Assembly (NCBI RefSeq): GCF_006345805.1
Contig: NC_043022.1
Coordinates: 23,870,001-23,934,000 of the forward strand
Direction of reading: 5' to 3'
Source of the DNA: Octopus sinensis
Taxonomy: Eukaryota
DNA: 64,000 nucleotides
Positions within the stretch are counted from its first letter, which is position 1. The number at the start of each line of letters is the position of its first letter. Shown here piece by piece: positions 27,078 through 39,311 of this stretch. A program made the position numbers and the translations under genes. The notes below the pieces were generated by a model, which was not told the DNA's origin, ran no database searches, and saw only the letters and a program-made list of their open reading frames with translations.

Positions 27078-27249
27078 TAATCTGTATTTTTGTTATTTTT
27101 TACTTGCCCTGTCCGTGTGAGCTAACAGTAGTACTGGCTTTCATGGGAACATGTATCTTCGTGTTGAAACCTTTTGGATTAACTGGTGCTAGAGTGAGCA
27201 ATATATTGACCACTCTCTTATATTTGTTTTATATATATATATATATATA

Positions 27250-27288
<39 letters not shown>

Positions 27289-28090
27289 ACTATTTTGTCA
27301 CACCGAAGAAATTCACAAACTGTTCAGAGTTTCATGTGATCGTTCATCAGACAGATGTGATAAAACAATATATATTCTATCAATCAATCTTTGTATCATT
27401 ATATCCATCCTTCTCCATTTATAAATATTACTTTCACACATACACGCACATACAGTGCCCGTAAACACGCGCACAATCGCAGACATTTATGCCTGTTTTT
27501 GCGTGTATCTGTTTTATAATCATTCCTATTGGTATTAACACCTATATCTAATGTCTAAACACATGTAAGCTGATAATTCATGCTGACATTTATGAGAGGC
27601 CTTCTCTTCTTTAGTCTCTCTCTCCCACGTGTGAGTGAGTCTGCGTTCCTGTCTATGCCTCTGTTGTGTGTGTGGTGTATGATGTATGATATGTTTCAAA
27701 TGTTAGAAAGGCGAAGCAGTTTCTCAAAGGAGAACACGTTTTTTGCATTGAAACGTTTGTGGGGTTGTAAGGTATTTATTTATTTATGTAAAATAATATT
27801 CACGCCTCCCTAGTATTGAATCCGTATTGCAAGCTATTCTCTTCTCAAATGTAACCACGTTCTACAAATTGCATGCGTGTGTGTGAGTGTGTAAAGCGCA
27901 CTATACATATATCTGAAAAGTTGATATTTCCTAGTGTTACTTAAATAATACTGATTTGATGTATTATTTAGTATACTATTTAATATCCTAGCGATAATCT
28001 GCTGGCAAAGTGTCAATGAAACAATTGTTGTATTACGTACGCAATTAAGTTGTTTACTCCATTTACTTCGTTTATATTTATATAAAGGAG

Positions 28091-29135
28091 GGTGTCGAAT
28101 CGTTAGCCCGCCGTGCAAAATGCTTAGCGGAATTTCGTCTGTCTTCGCGCTGATTTCAAATTCTGCCGAGGTCGACTTTGTTTTCATCCTTACGGGGTCG
28201 ATAAATTAAGTACCAGATGCGTACTGGGTTCGATCTAATCGACTGCTCCCCCTCCCCCAGAAATTTCGGGCCTTGTGCCTAGAGGAGCAAAGAATATTTA
28301 TATAAAGGAGGCGCAGGAGTAGCTGTGTGGTAAGTAGCTTGCTTACCAACCGTATGGTTCCGGGTTCAGTCCCACTGCGTGGCACCTTGGGCAAGTGTCT
28401 TCTACTATTACCTCGGGCCAATCAAAGTCTTGTGAGTGGATTTGGTAAACGGAAACTGAAAGAAGCCCGTCGTATATATTATATGTATGTGTACGTCTGT
28501 GTTTGTCCCCCCAACATCGCTTCACAACCGATGCTGGTGTGTTTACGTCCCCGTAACTTAGCGGTTCGGCAAAAGAGACCGATAGAATAAGCACTAGGCT
28601 TACAAAGAATAAGTTTTGGGGTCGATTTGCTCGACTAAAGGAGGTGCTCCAGCATGGCCTCAGCCAAATGACTGAAACAAGTAAAAAGAGTAAAGTAGGG
28701 TGTCGAATCGTTAGCACGCCGTACAAAATGCTTAGCGGCATTTCATCCGTCTTCGCGTTGAGTTCAAATTCTGACGAGGTCGATTTTGCTTTCATCCTTT
28801 CGTGGTCAATAAAATAAGTACCAGTTGAGTACTGGCATTAATGTAATCGTCAGTACTCCTCCTCCAAAATTCCAGGCCTTGTACCCTTAGTAGAAAGATA
28901 GTAGAGAGGAGTATTTACATAAACTAAGGTGGCGAACTAGCAGAAGTGTTAGCACGCCGGACAAAATACTTAGACGCATTTCTTCCGTCTTTACGTCCCG
29001 AGATCAAATTTTGCAGAGGTTGACTTTGTCTTTCACCCTTCCGGGGTCGATAAAATAAGTACCAGTTGAACATTTGGATCGACGTCATCGACTTAGCCCC
29101 TCCTCCGAGATTGCTGGTCTTGTGCCAAAATCTGA
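28091..29135 (+). mobile_element. Cluster of three SINE B copies with a full SINE A (28310-28692) between the first two
   Basis: B bodies at 28091-28290, 28698-28900 and 28927-29135. Confidence 0.8.
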
Positions 29136-29600
29136 AACCAATATTTACGTACATATATACATACATGCGTACATGCATTATCTAAGGATGTATGTATGTA
29201 TACACACATATACACAAACATATGTCATGCTGATATTCTAGACACATGCCATATTTGTATTATATACACATGTCTTCGTTTACTCTCCTCCCCTACACCA
29301 CGCTGGTTCCTTAAGCAGTAAACCTGCAGTGAATGCATTCACGATGGCTCCCTTCTTTTCCTTCCGACCTCACACTTGACACCCTCGTACTTTGCCCTCC
29401 ACCACTATCCACATATACACACCATGTGTAAAATAAACCCCTGTTCACTTCAACCCATCAAGTAACACCACCGACCCTGACATTATCCATTTAACCCTGC
29501 AAAACGACGCAGCCACAAAGAGATCGCTCGTCTTGCTAGAAATGTCAGTCACATTTTTCTCACCCTATATACCTATTGTTTCAAAATAACATCGCACCCC

Positions 29601-29642
<42 letters not shown>

Positions 29643-29776
29643 AAGGTGTACACAGATATATAGACAGACTAGTTGGTGGTTTATTTTTCATGGGTCCGCA
29701 AATGACCTATACACACATACATACATACATGCCACTAAACCTTTTTTTATTTTCTCTCTCTGCTTATTTCTGTGTT

Positions 29777-29814
29777 TGTTTCTGTTGAAGAGCGTAGGCT
29801 CGAAACGTAAAAGA
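29777..29814 (+). ncRNA. Family C hammerhead-like motif
   Basis: TGTTT-CTGTTGA-A-GAGC(gtag)GCTC-GAAA-CGTA-AAAGA. Confidence 0.5.
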
Positions 29815-31214
29815 CTTTCTTATTTCCCGAGCGTTAAGCTAATACATTTGTTTATTGTTTACACACACGTCTTGCCCCCACCTTTTTTTTGTAAATTCCA
29901 ACTATATATATGTTGTTGGCATCAGTTAATTATGCTTTTATTCAACATTCTCCTCACTGATTCACACACTAATTGCAAGCGGTCCTTCAGTTTTTCTAAG
30001 CTCTGTAAAAGAACTCGGAAGGTTTAATGTCCAACCAGGCCTTTCGCTATACTGTAAAAAGCAGGGACTTTTCAGCACCCCTTTCTACATGCGCGCTTAC
30101 GTACAGACATGTATATACAAAGACTGGATGGTCGTTGCCGGCTAGCTGACCTGACGTTAATCCGCCTCCTCCTCCTCATCATCATCAGCGTCCCCCTCTT
30201 GCTCCTGTTCCTCCTCCTCCTCCTCTTCCTCCTCCTCATCATCATCATCAATACTTCAAGACCGGTAGTTGCAGTAGCAGTAGTGGTAGTAGTTGTAGTA
30301 GTTGTAGTAGTAGTAGTAGCAGCAGCAGCAGCGTTGGTGACACTGGTTATAGCGTTGGTTGTGGTCGTAGTGATTGTAGTAGTAGTAGTAGTATTGGTGT
30401 TAGTGGTGGTGGTGGTGGTCGTCGTCGACGTCGTGGTTGTTGCTGTGGTCGTAGGAGTTTCATATCGACGGTAGGGGCGAGAAAAAGAGAAGGAAAGAAA
30501 CAAGGTTAGTGTAGATGTGTATTTAGCTGGACAGCTCATCTAAGTGGGCGGCCTCCCTTCAAAAGCACAATAAAGAGACGGGGCAAATGAAGATGGGTGG
30601 CCACAGGAGGAAAGGATCGGGATGGGGGTACGAAAATCAACAAAATTAAGGCTGTATGACTTTTCAAGATAGATTTTCGATGGATTTGTTATTTTGTTTC
30701 TTTTCTTGTTCAGTCATAAGGCTGTGGCCATGCTGGAGCACCGCCACGAAGGATTTTAGTCGAATATATTGACTTCAGTACTTACTTTTATTCTTTTTTG
30801 TTTTGTTTTGAGCTCTGTATTTACTCTATCTTTCTCGTTATTGCCGAACCGCTAGGTCACGGGGACTTAAGAAAACCAGCACTGGTTGTCAAATGGTCGT
30901 GAGGAACAAAAACAAACATAACGATGCACACACATTCATAGATACATACATAGCTACATACATACATACATACATACATACATACAGACATACATACATA
31001 CATACATATATCCAGCCAACCATTTATACGTACATACATACGAACATGTATGCATGCATATATACAATCATGCACATGCGCATGAAGATATACATCCATA
31101 CACCGATTCCTCCATCCATCCATTCATCCATCTTTACATACATGCATATATACATACATACATGTAAGCAGGCTTTACATACATGCATACATACATACAT
31201 ACTCATTCTCTTTA

Positions 31215-31466
31215 CTCTTTTACTCTTTTACTTGTTTCAGCCATTTGACTGTGGCCATGCTGGAGCACCGCCTTTAGTCGAGTAAATCGACCCCAGGACT
31301 TATTCTTTGTAAGCCTAGTACTTATTCTATCGGCCTCTCTTGCCGAACCGCTAGGTTATGGGGACGTAAACACACCAGCGTCGGTTGTCAAGCGATGTTG
31401 GGGGGACAAACACAGACGTACAATCATATACACACACATACATACATACATACATACATACATACA

Positions 31467-31556
<90 letters not shown>

Positions 31557-32083
31557 CTCCGCCTCTGTTCTGTTTTTGTTTTTCCAACGGATTTCCTTTT
31601 TTCTTCCTGAAGAGAAAGACACAATATGGTCCCATTATTCAATCGGATTTTGGTAATTTGTGCCTTTCGAAACACGTGTAGAATGAAATAAAACGATTTC
31701 TGTTCAATCTGCGTTCAGCTCCATTTCTTCAATTCACCAATAATGTTTTAATTTCAATTATCCGCACCAACGCACGGTTGCAACGCCAGATGGTTGTACC
31801 TCCAACCGTGCTGTTTACTGCTGTGATTTTTGCTACTAAGGTATCGGTTAAACTTTTGATTAATCTACTACAAGATTATTCATCTTTCTATTTCACATAA
31901 TTATATATATATATATATATATACGACGGGCTTTTTTCAGTTTCCGTCTACCAAATCCACTCACAAGGCTTTGATCGGCCCGAGGCTATAGTAGAAGACA
32001 CTTACTCAAGGTGCCACGCAGTGGACTGAACCCGGAACCATGAGGTTGGTTAGCAAGCTACATACCATTCACCCACTCCTATG
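31215..32083 (-). mobile_element. SINE family A split by an expanded microsatellite and an HHR-bearing insertion (~31556-31900)
   Basis: Tail at 31215-31420, head at 31923-32083. Confidence 0.75.
31598..31689 (+). ncRNA. Canonical type I hammerhead ribozyme
   Basis: Core CTGAAGA 31607-31613; stem II GAAAG.CACAA//TTGTG.CTTTC; GAAA 31669-31672; palindromic ACACGTGT; GUA| at 31680; stem I TTTTCTTC/GAATGAAA with one mismatch. Confidence 0.85.
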
Positions 32084-32819
32084 CTTATACATACGTACAT
32101 GATGATTGCTTCATCTTGTCAGATGATAGCCGTTTCACAATAGTGAGACATCTGTACGTCATTAGAATTAAGTGACTAAAGCTTGTATAATACTTTTGCC
32201 ACTCTCCCAGTCGCCATAGTAGCTTCCAGTGACAAGCATTCCGAGATGACTGGTGTTGTTTTGACGGCAATTGTTTTAGGTCAGAGTATCTTTCTCCCAG
32301 AAGACCCACCTTCCCGCCACGGCTTTGTCAAAAATAATGGGAGCTTCCTCTACTCCTGGGAAATCTATTTACACCATAAACGGGGGGCTTTACAGCTACT
32401 AACGGACCTGGGAGCAATGGTAATTAAGGGATGACTCCAAGCTCCTCACATCCCCCAGAACTTCTGAACTGCTGCTTCACAACCGGAAGCAGTCTAATTT
32501 TGTACTCAGAACATACATACATACATACATACATACATACATACATACATACATACATACATACATACATACATACATACACACACACACGCATACAGTC
32601 TAATCTGTTGGGCGTATATTAAATAATAATGACCTGCAATATTGAGGGGATGGTGCAGGTCCCATAATTACTTTCTTCATTACAACCGGCAAAAGTTTTG
32701 AAGAACAGCAGGGAATAATGACATAGGGGTTGATTGGCTTGTAACGTAAAGTAAAAATATTCGAAGTACGACTCTTAAAGCCGATTTTTCTCAGTTTTTT
32801 TGTACTTCGAACTCCGTTT

Positions 32820-33180
32820 TATGAAGGGCTGTCCTCCAAATTCCGTTTCCAAGACTAGCTCAAGGCCACTCTCCTCTGCTACACCATAGACCTAAATACC
32901 TGGGAGATAATTGCCAGCGACCACCCAAAATAGCGGCATCTCACCGTCGAGGACCGGACCAGATAGAAAATAACAGACGTCGAAAGGCAGAGATCATATG
33001 TTGACGACATCAAAAGCGATTTGCAATTCCTCATCCCCCACCAACTCTCCTGCGATAAATGTCCCGGGCTCTTCTATATCGCCCTTGGCCTAAACAGCCA
33101 CCTCGGGCACCGGCACCCTTCGCACACATCAATATGAAGAGGCTCAATTACTTAATAGAGATGACAACGACGAGGGGCCG
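32820..33180 (+). pseudogene. RTE/BovB-clade LINE 3' end
   Basis: FRFQD*LKATLLCYTIDLNTWEIIASDHPK*RH...LSCDKCPGLFYIALGLNSHLGHRH. Confidence 0.75.
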
Positions 33181-33352
33181 TTAATTTAATTTCATTTCTG
33201 AGGAAAATGGATTATTTCTCAAAGGAAATGGATTCTTCTTCAGAGATGGAATCCTCTTCAATGGAAAGGAATCCTTTTTCACGAGAGAAGGGCGCGCTCT
33301 CTTTCATAAGTCATCGATTCCTCCTGGTTTGAGAGGTTTTCCTCTTTTCAGT

Positions 33353-33690
33353 AAATGTGGCCATTTTGGGCTACTGTCTTCAAGCTTTTAGTCGACCAAA
33401 TCGACCCCAGGACTTATTTTCGTCTTAAGCCTGGTACATATTCTATCGGCCTTCTTTTCCCTGTGGAAGCGCTATGTTACGGCGACGGAAAAAGAACAAC
33501 ACCGGTTGTCAAGCGGTGATGGGAGACAAACACAGACACAATGACACACTACTTTCTGTTTCCGTCTACATATCCACTCACAAGGCTTTGGTTAGCCCGA
33601 GGCTATAGTAGAAAACACTTGCCCAAGGTGCTATGCAGTGGGAGTGAACCCGGAACTATGGTTGAGAATCCAACTTCTTACCACACAACC
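33353..33690 (-). mobile_element. SINE family A, diverged
   Basis: Colinear match to the family consensus. Confidence 0.75.
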
Positions 33691-34803
33691 TTTTATTCTT
33701 TTTCTTTCGAACAATTCGGCTAGTTCCCTTCTCGTGACTTCGATCTCGTCCACATCAGTAAAATTGATTGGAAAGCCACTGCTGTGAAAGATAGCTTCCC
33801 CATAGCTCACTTACTCCTGCTGATGATGATGATGATGTGGGTCGTTCTGTGTTTCTTTCTCTTTCTCATTGCTAACGCCAGTTGTACTGGGAAATGGAAT
33901 TTCTGGGTTCCCTGGTTGATATTTGGATATGAGAAAGAGGTGATTTTTTCTTTTGCAACGATTCCAGAATTGCGCCCGATGCAACCTTATGCTATGAAGA
34001 TGGAGTATCGCCATTAATAAAGATTGTTTCATTGGCATAAGGTGGCGATAGATGAGAAAACATTACAAGGGGGCAAATTATAAACGGTAGGGGTCTTATG
34101 CCTTAGAAAAAGTAAAAAAACATAAACAATAAAAAGAAATAGTCCGAATAGGAGGACAGACTACATCAGGATCATTCAAATGAGACCCACATAAATACTA
34201 TATTATCCCGACAAATCCCTTTCTCTCAATTCTGAGCACAGGAATCATCATCGTTGTCATCATCATCGTAGTCGTTGTCGTCGTCATCGCTGTCATTACT
34301 AACACCAACGCCATCTTCATCATCAACAGAGAGAGAGAGAGAGCGACAATGAGGGTGAGCGAGCAACTTCAAATGACTAAAGCAGACGATAACCAAGGGA
34401 GAAGAACTACGTATGTATTAGTCTTGCTTGGTTGAACATGAAGGCAAGCAACGAAGATAATTACGATAATATTACATACATGTGTGTCTGTGTATATATG
34501 TGGTGTGTGTGTGCGTGCGCACGTGTGTGTGTGTGTGTAAATCTACTCCTCATACTCTTCCTCTGTCACTCTGTCAGTCTCACTCGTTCATCCCCCTCCC
34601 ACTCCCTCTCTCCCTCATTTTCTTTGCATTAGGGTTACGTCGGAACTATTTCACAAACGGTCACAGCCGCCTTGGGGAAAAGGTATAAGAGGTGGTGGTA
34701 GGAAAACATTTTAATTTACTACGCCAATAATCCTTTCTTCCTTTTTTTCACCCCATTTATCTCTCTTTTTCACTGCCTCTTTCTCTTTCTCACTCCCCTC
34801 TTT

Positions 34804-34841
<38 letters not shown>

Positions 34842-35021
34842 TTCTTTCTTTCTCACTATCTGTCTCTCACTGTTTGCCCATCTGTCTGTCTTCCTTTCTA
34901 TATGTGTGTATATATATATATATAATTTTAATCCAAACGGGAAACAAAAAAACAACAACAATGGAATACTGCTTTTCCACCGTCTCTCTCTCTCTCTTTC
35001 TCCCGCTCTCTCTCCGTACAA

Positions 35022-35067
<46 letters not shown>

Positions 35068-35772
35068 TGCCTTCTCATTGTGTCTCTCACTATGTCTCTC
35101 TCTTTCCCTTTTCTTTTTCTTTTGCCTTTTTATTTCTTCTTCCTCCCAACCTTTATATTTTGTTATCTCTCTTTGATAACACCCCTAAAACATACAAACA
35201 GCTCCACACCTCATTTCCCTACCACCGCCACCACCACCACCACCGTATTTTCTCTCCCCTCTCTCGCCCCCTCAACTCCCTTCGCCCCTGCAACACTTGT
35301 ATCACTCACCACATCCACCCACGACCACCACCCCTCACAACCACCACCACCGCTACCACCGCCACAGTACCATCCAGTACCACTGGCGTCTATCTTATCA
35401 CAAGTGTATGTCAATTGTTTCCGCTTGAAGTCTTACCAACATTTGAGATTGGTTTTGAAGAGTAATAAAGTCTCCTCTGATGACGATGGTGGTGGTAGTG
35501 GTGGTGGTGGCGGTGTGGAGGTGGAGAGAGCAAGGAAGAGGTAGAGGAATGAGAGAATGAGCGAGAGGGTAGGCGGAGGAGAGGAAGAAGATTGTTTAGT
35601 TTTGTGTAATGAACGGGTGTGAGAAAGATGGTGGCGTGTAGAAAAAAAAAGGATTTTTTATTTTATTTTATTTTATTTATAAGCGATGTGCGGAGTAACT
35701 GATATTGCTTGGAGTAGTGCGCATGCGTAGAGCAAACATGCGTGTGTGTGTGTCTGTGTGTGTGCACATGTA

Positions 35773-36156
35773 TACTCTCTTTTTTTACTTGTTTTGTAGT
35801 CATGTGAATGTGGCCATGCTGGAGCACCGCTTTTAGTCGGGCAAATCGACCCCAGGACTTATTCTTTGTAAGCCTAGTACTTATTCTATCGGTCTCTTTT
35901 GCCGAACCGCTAAGTTACGGGGGACGTAAACACACCAGCATCAGTTGTCAAGCGATGTTTTGGGAGGATAAACACAGTCACACAAACATATATATACGAC
36001 GGGCTTCTTTCAGTTTCCGTCTACCAAATCCACTCACAAGGCTTTGGTCGGCCCGAGACTATAGTAGAAGACACTTGCTCAAGGTGCCATGCAGTGGGAC
36101 TGGACTCGGAACCATGTGGTTGGTAAGCAAGCTACTTACCACACAGCCACTCCTAT
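35773..36156 (-). mobile_element. SINE family A, full length
   Basis: Tail to head intact. Confidence 0.85.
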
Positions 36157-36400
36157 GTATATATATAACGGAGTTATTAGTGAGGGATTATCAATCCGGG
36201 AAAAATACTTTATAAGTCCTGTGTTAATACTCCAGGCTAACAATATCATTTAGATAAGTAAAGCACTCTGCGTAATCTTGTGGCAGAGTAGATTCTACTT
36301 CATCACCATTCTATATTTTGTATCCATTGTTGTGTTCCAGTTATATTGGTTTTTCACTCACAGTGATATACAAGACAAGGCATAAATAGTAGTCACTTGG

Positions 36401-36813
36401 GATCTTTTCGGTTTGAACGACAGTTTTTTCTAGCGGTGTCATATGAAATTGTCACCCATAATCATGACCCTAGTATCGATCTATTGCATTTCAATCTGTT
36501 TTAGGGTTAGGGTTAGGGTGAGGGAAGGGTATCTTATTTTCTTCACAAATGTAAATAAACCCAATCTGTTTCTTAAACGAGGGACATATTCATACGGCAC
36601 AGAATGTCTTCACCTCAATAGACGTCATTGATTGGTTGAAATTGCAGAAATTGAAGAAAAACAACAACAAATATCTTACAAACTATAGAATTTTCTCAAT
36701 AAAGCCAAGAGAAAAAGATGTTTTATAAACGCATTCTACCAGTATACGAAGTTTAAAAGTGTTTAGTTACGTGGAAATTATTTTAAAAAACGACCGTTCA
36801 AACCGAAAAGATC
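36401..36813. mobile_element. MITE-like element with 19-bp perfect TIRs and internal (TTAGGG)3
   Basis: gatcttttcggtttgaacg (36401-36419) / cgttcaaaccgaaaagatc (36795-36813); TTAGGG x3 at 36501-36518. Confidence 0.75.
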
Positions 36814-36912
36814 TGTCATTTGCCTAATTTTCTTTAATGTAGTAAATTTGACTTACATTTAAAAATTTACGGCAATAAAGAAAAATATATACTGACCATT
36901 ATTTATGCATTG

Positions 36913-36972
<60 letters not shown>

Positions 36973-37489
36973 TCTTGTTTGAGAAAAAGGAAATGGAGAA
37001 ATTAATATATAGACATCAATTTATTTGAACAACATTCAATTGACTATAGCATCAAATTCTTTACACCTACAACTGTTTCCATACCCAATTAATTCAATTT
37101 GAAGAATTAAATTACATTAAATTTAAATTTTCATATTGCTTTGTTTACGTTCAAGTAATCTAGCAGTTCGACAAAAGGTGAAAGCCGACCAGGCTTTTAA
37201 AAAAATAAGTACTGGGGCAGTCCAGTGACTGATGCAATGAGAAGATATATAGCATATGTTATACCGTGTATAGTATATATAAATATATTATGTCGCTTTG
37301 TGTATATATGAGGAATATTGAGGTAATAAATCACTTATCTTTAAAACCTGCCCCCAAAATGTGTCTTTACCTCATCTATTTTATTCTGCTATTGTCGGAC
37401 ATGCGACATGAAATTTGATTGCTGTGTACTGCTTCAATGAAAACTGCTTACCCTTATAACGGTTCTTAGAATAAGCAAACGTTGCCTGC

Positions 37490-37645
37490 AAATTGATAAA
37501 TGGTTCCTGCCATTTATCAAAAATAAAAATAGCCAAATTATTTTCACAGAATACTCCAAAAACACTTCCTCCCAACCACAAGTATCGCAAACTAGTAAAC
37601 AGGCAAGACACAAAATTATCATATTCCACAACTGACGACATTGAA
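37490..37645 (+). pseudogene. Penelope-like element RT thumb/linker fragment (Naiad-like)
   Basis: KWFLPFIKNK / KIAKLF...PPNHKYRKLVNRQDTKLSYSTTDDIEQ resembles WFNPP...HKLHKIFNRNTVKLSYSC. Confidence 0.6.
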
Positions 37646-37702
37646 CAAAACTAACCAATTCCAGCTACGAAAAAATTTTGATCTAACCAACACACACATG
37701 TA

Positions 37703-37770
<68 letters not shown>

Positions 37771-38285
37771 TAATAACTAGATAATAAATAAAGCATATGC
37801 ATATATACATACATATATATAGGTACCTACATCTATATGTGTATATACATGCATATATGGGTACAGGACACCAAAAAAACGTCGAACACAATGAGAAACG
37901 AAAACATAAAAACAGAACCATGGAAACGGACATTTTTTTAAACAACGAAAAAACAGGGTACAAGACATACAACACAAAGAAAATTCCCCTTCTTCAACCG
38001 CCTCTGTTTCGTCTACTCCGTGTTTCGAAGGTAAAGGCGAAACACAACTCCGGTGAAACGGTCCTTCCCGCAAAGCAAATTAAATAAAATTTGAGATTTT
38101 TTGAGGAGGGGGTAACAAAAACAGGACAGTAAAAACAATACAAGACAGTAGAAATACAAATAAAAACAGTAAACGACAGAACAGGTAGAATAACAGTAAT
38201 ACAAACGTTAAGGGTTGTTAAGCCGAACGAAAGAAAATTTATTTTGAACGCGTGAGAACAACGGCTTAAGAAAGGGATAGGTATA

Positions 38286-38334
<49 letters not shown>

Positions 38335-38335
<1 letters not shown>

Positions 38336-38921
38336 CAGACAAGGCAATGCAACCATGGATAATAAATATTTTTACAAGCGCAAGTCGAGAATACAACTCG
38401 CGCAACCTGAACACTCGGTATCAAAAGTTGGCTCGCGCAAGTCGGGGAATCCCTGTATATGTTATAAATTTATTGAATAAAACTAGTAAAAAAATTACAC
38501 GGGAAGAGTACTTACCTTCCCATTCCTACTCTGTCTCTGTCATGTGTATTCCATACAATAAGGTTATCCTGAAATAGAAATTGCGGTTCTATTAGTAAAA
38601 TCTCAAATTTGTAATATTATATATATATATATATATAATATTACAAATTTGAGATTTTACTAATAGAACCGCAATTTCTATTTCAGGATAACCTTATTGT
38701 ATGGAATACACATGACAGAGACAGAGTAGGAATGGGAAGGTAAGTACTCTTCCCGTGTTAATTTTTTTACTAGTTTTATTCAATAAATTTATAACATATA
38801 CAGGGATTCCCCGACTTGCGCGAGCCAACTTTTGATACCGAGTGTTCAGGTTGCGCGAGTTGTATTCTCGACTTGCGCTTGTAAAAATATTTATTATCCA
38901 TGGTTGCATTGCCTTGTCTGT
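38335..38921. repeat. Near-perfect fold-back palindrome (~285-bp arms) centred on (TA)n
   Basis: Arms are reverse complements with about one indel; centre ~38628. Confidence 0.9.
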
Positions 38922-39311
38922 TATCTTGTTATCTATCCATCATTTCAAATATACATAAAGTAAAAATAGTTGTGTTTGAGTAATTGATAACATGTTTTAG
39001 TTAAATTTAACTTTCATTGTTTTATTTATTATTTAGCTTTACATTAAACTCTTCTTTTATTTGTGTTACCTTTCTCAGCATGGTATAAAGAAAGAATACA
39101 GTATGTCGTACAAAGCAGTCACCAATAAAAGTTTTTTTGGTTTCAAATAGAAAGAAAGTTCATTCAATACTTTCTCTAAGTGTTTCTTTAATATAACAAT
39201 ATTTAGCAGTTATCCTGGAAAATATTTATAGAAAACAATATCTGGTACTCGTCATGCGCGAATTTCGAATTGCGCGTCCCCCAATTACTCGCGCAAGTCG
39301 AGGAATCCCTG
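38801..39311. mobile_element. pogo/Tigger-like MITE with TA TSD
   Basis: TA|CAGGGATTCCCCGACTTGCGCGAG ... CTCGCGCAAGTCGAGGAATCCCTG|TA. Confidence 0.8.

Larger units (their letters stand above)
25400..27230. mobile_element. Tandem ~530-bp HHR-containing repeat (about 2.4 direct units, sense on minus) plus one inverted full unit: candidate retrozyme or non-autonomous PLE array
   Basis: Anchor ataagggtga at 25411, 25942 and 26472; inversion junction at 26692/26693; no long ORF; (TA)n at both ends. Confidence 0.85.

Noticed and set aside
25400-27230. CRISPR-like or ordinary satellite interpretation of the tandem array
   Set aside because: No repeat-spacer structure, and the ribozyme per unit, 5' inversion and dispersed 3' fragment argue against a plain satellite
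33784-34017. 77-aa ORF with hydrophobic start and AATAAA after the stop
   Set aside because: The Met run derives from a (GAT)n repeat, and no motif or other support is visible
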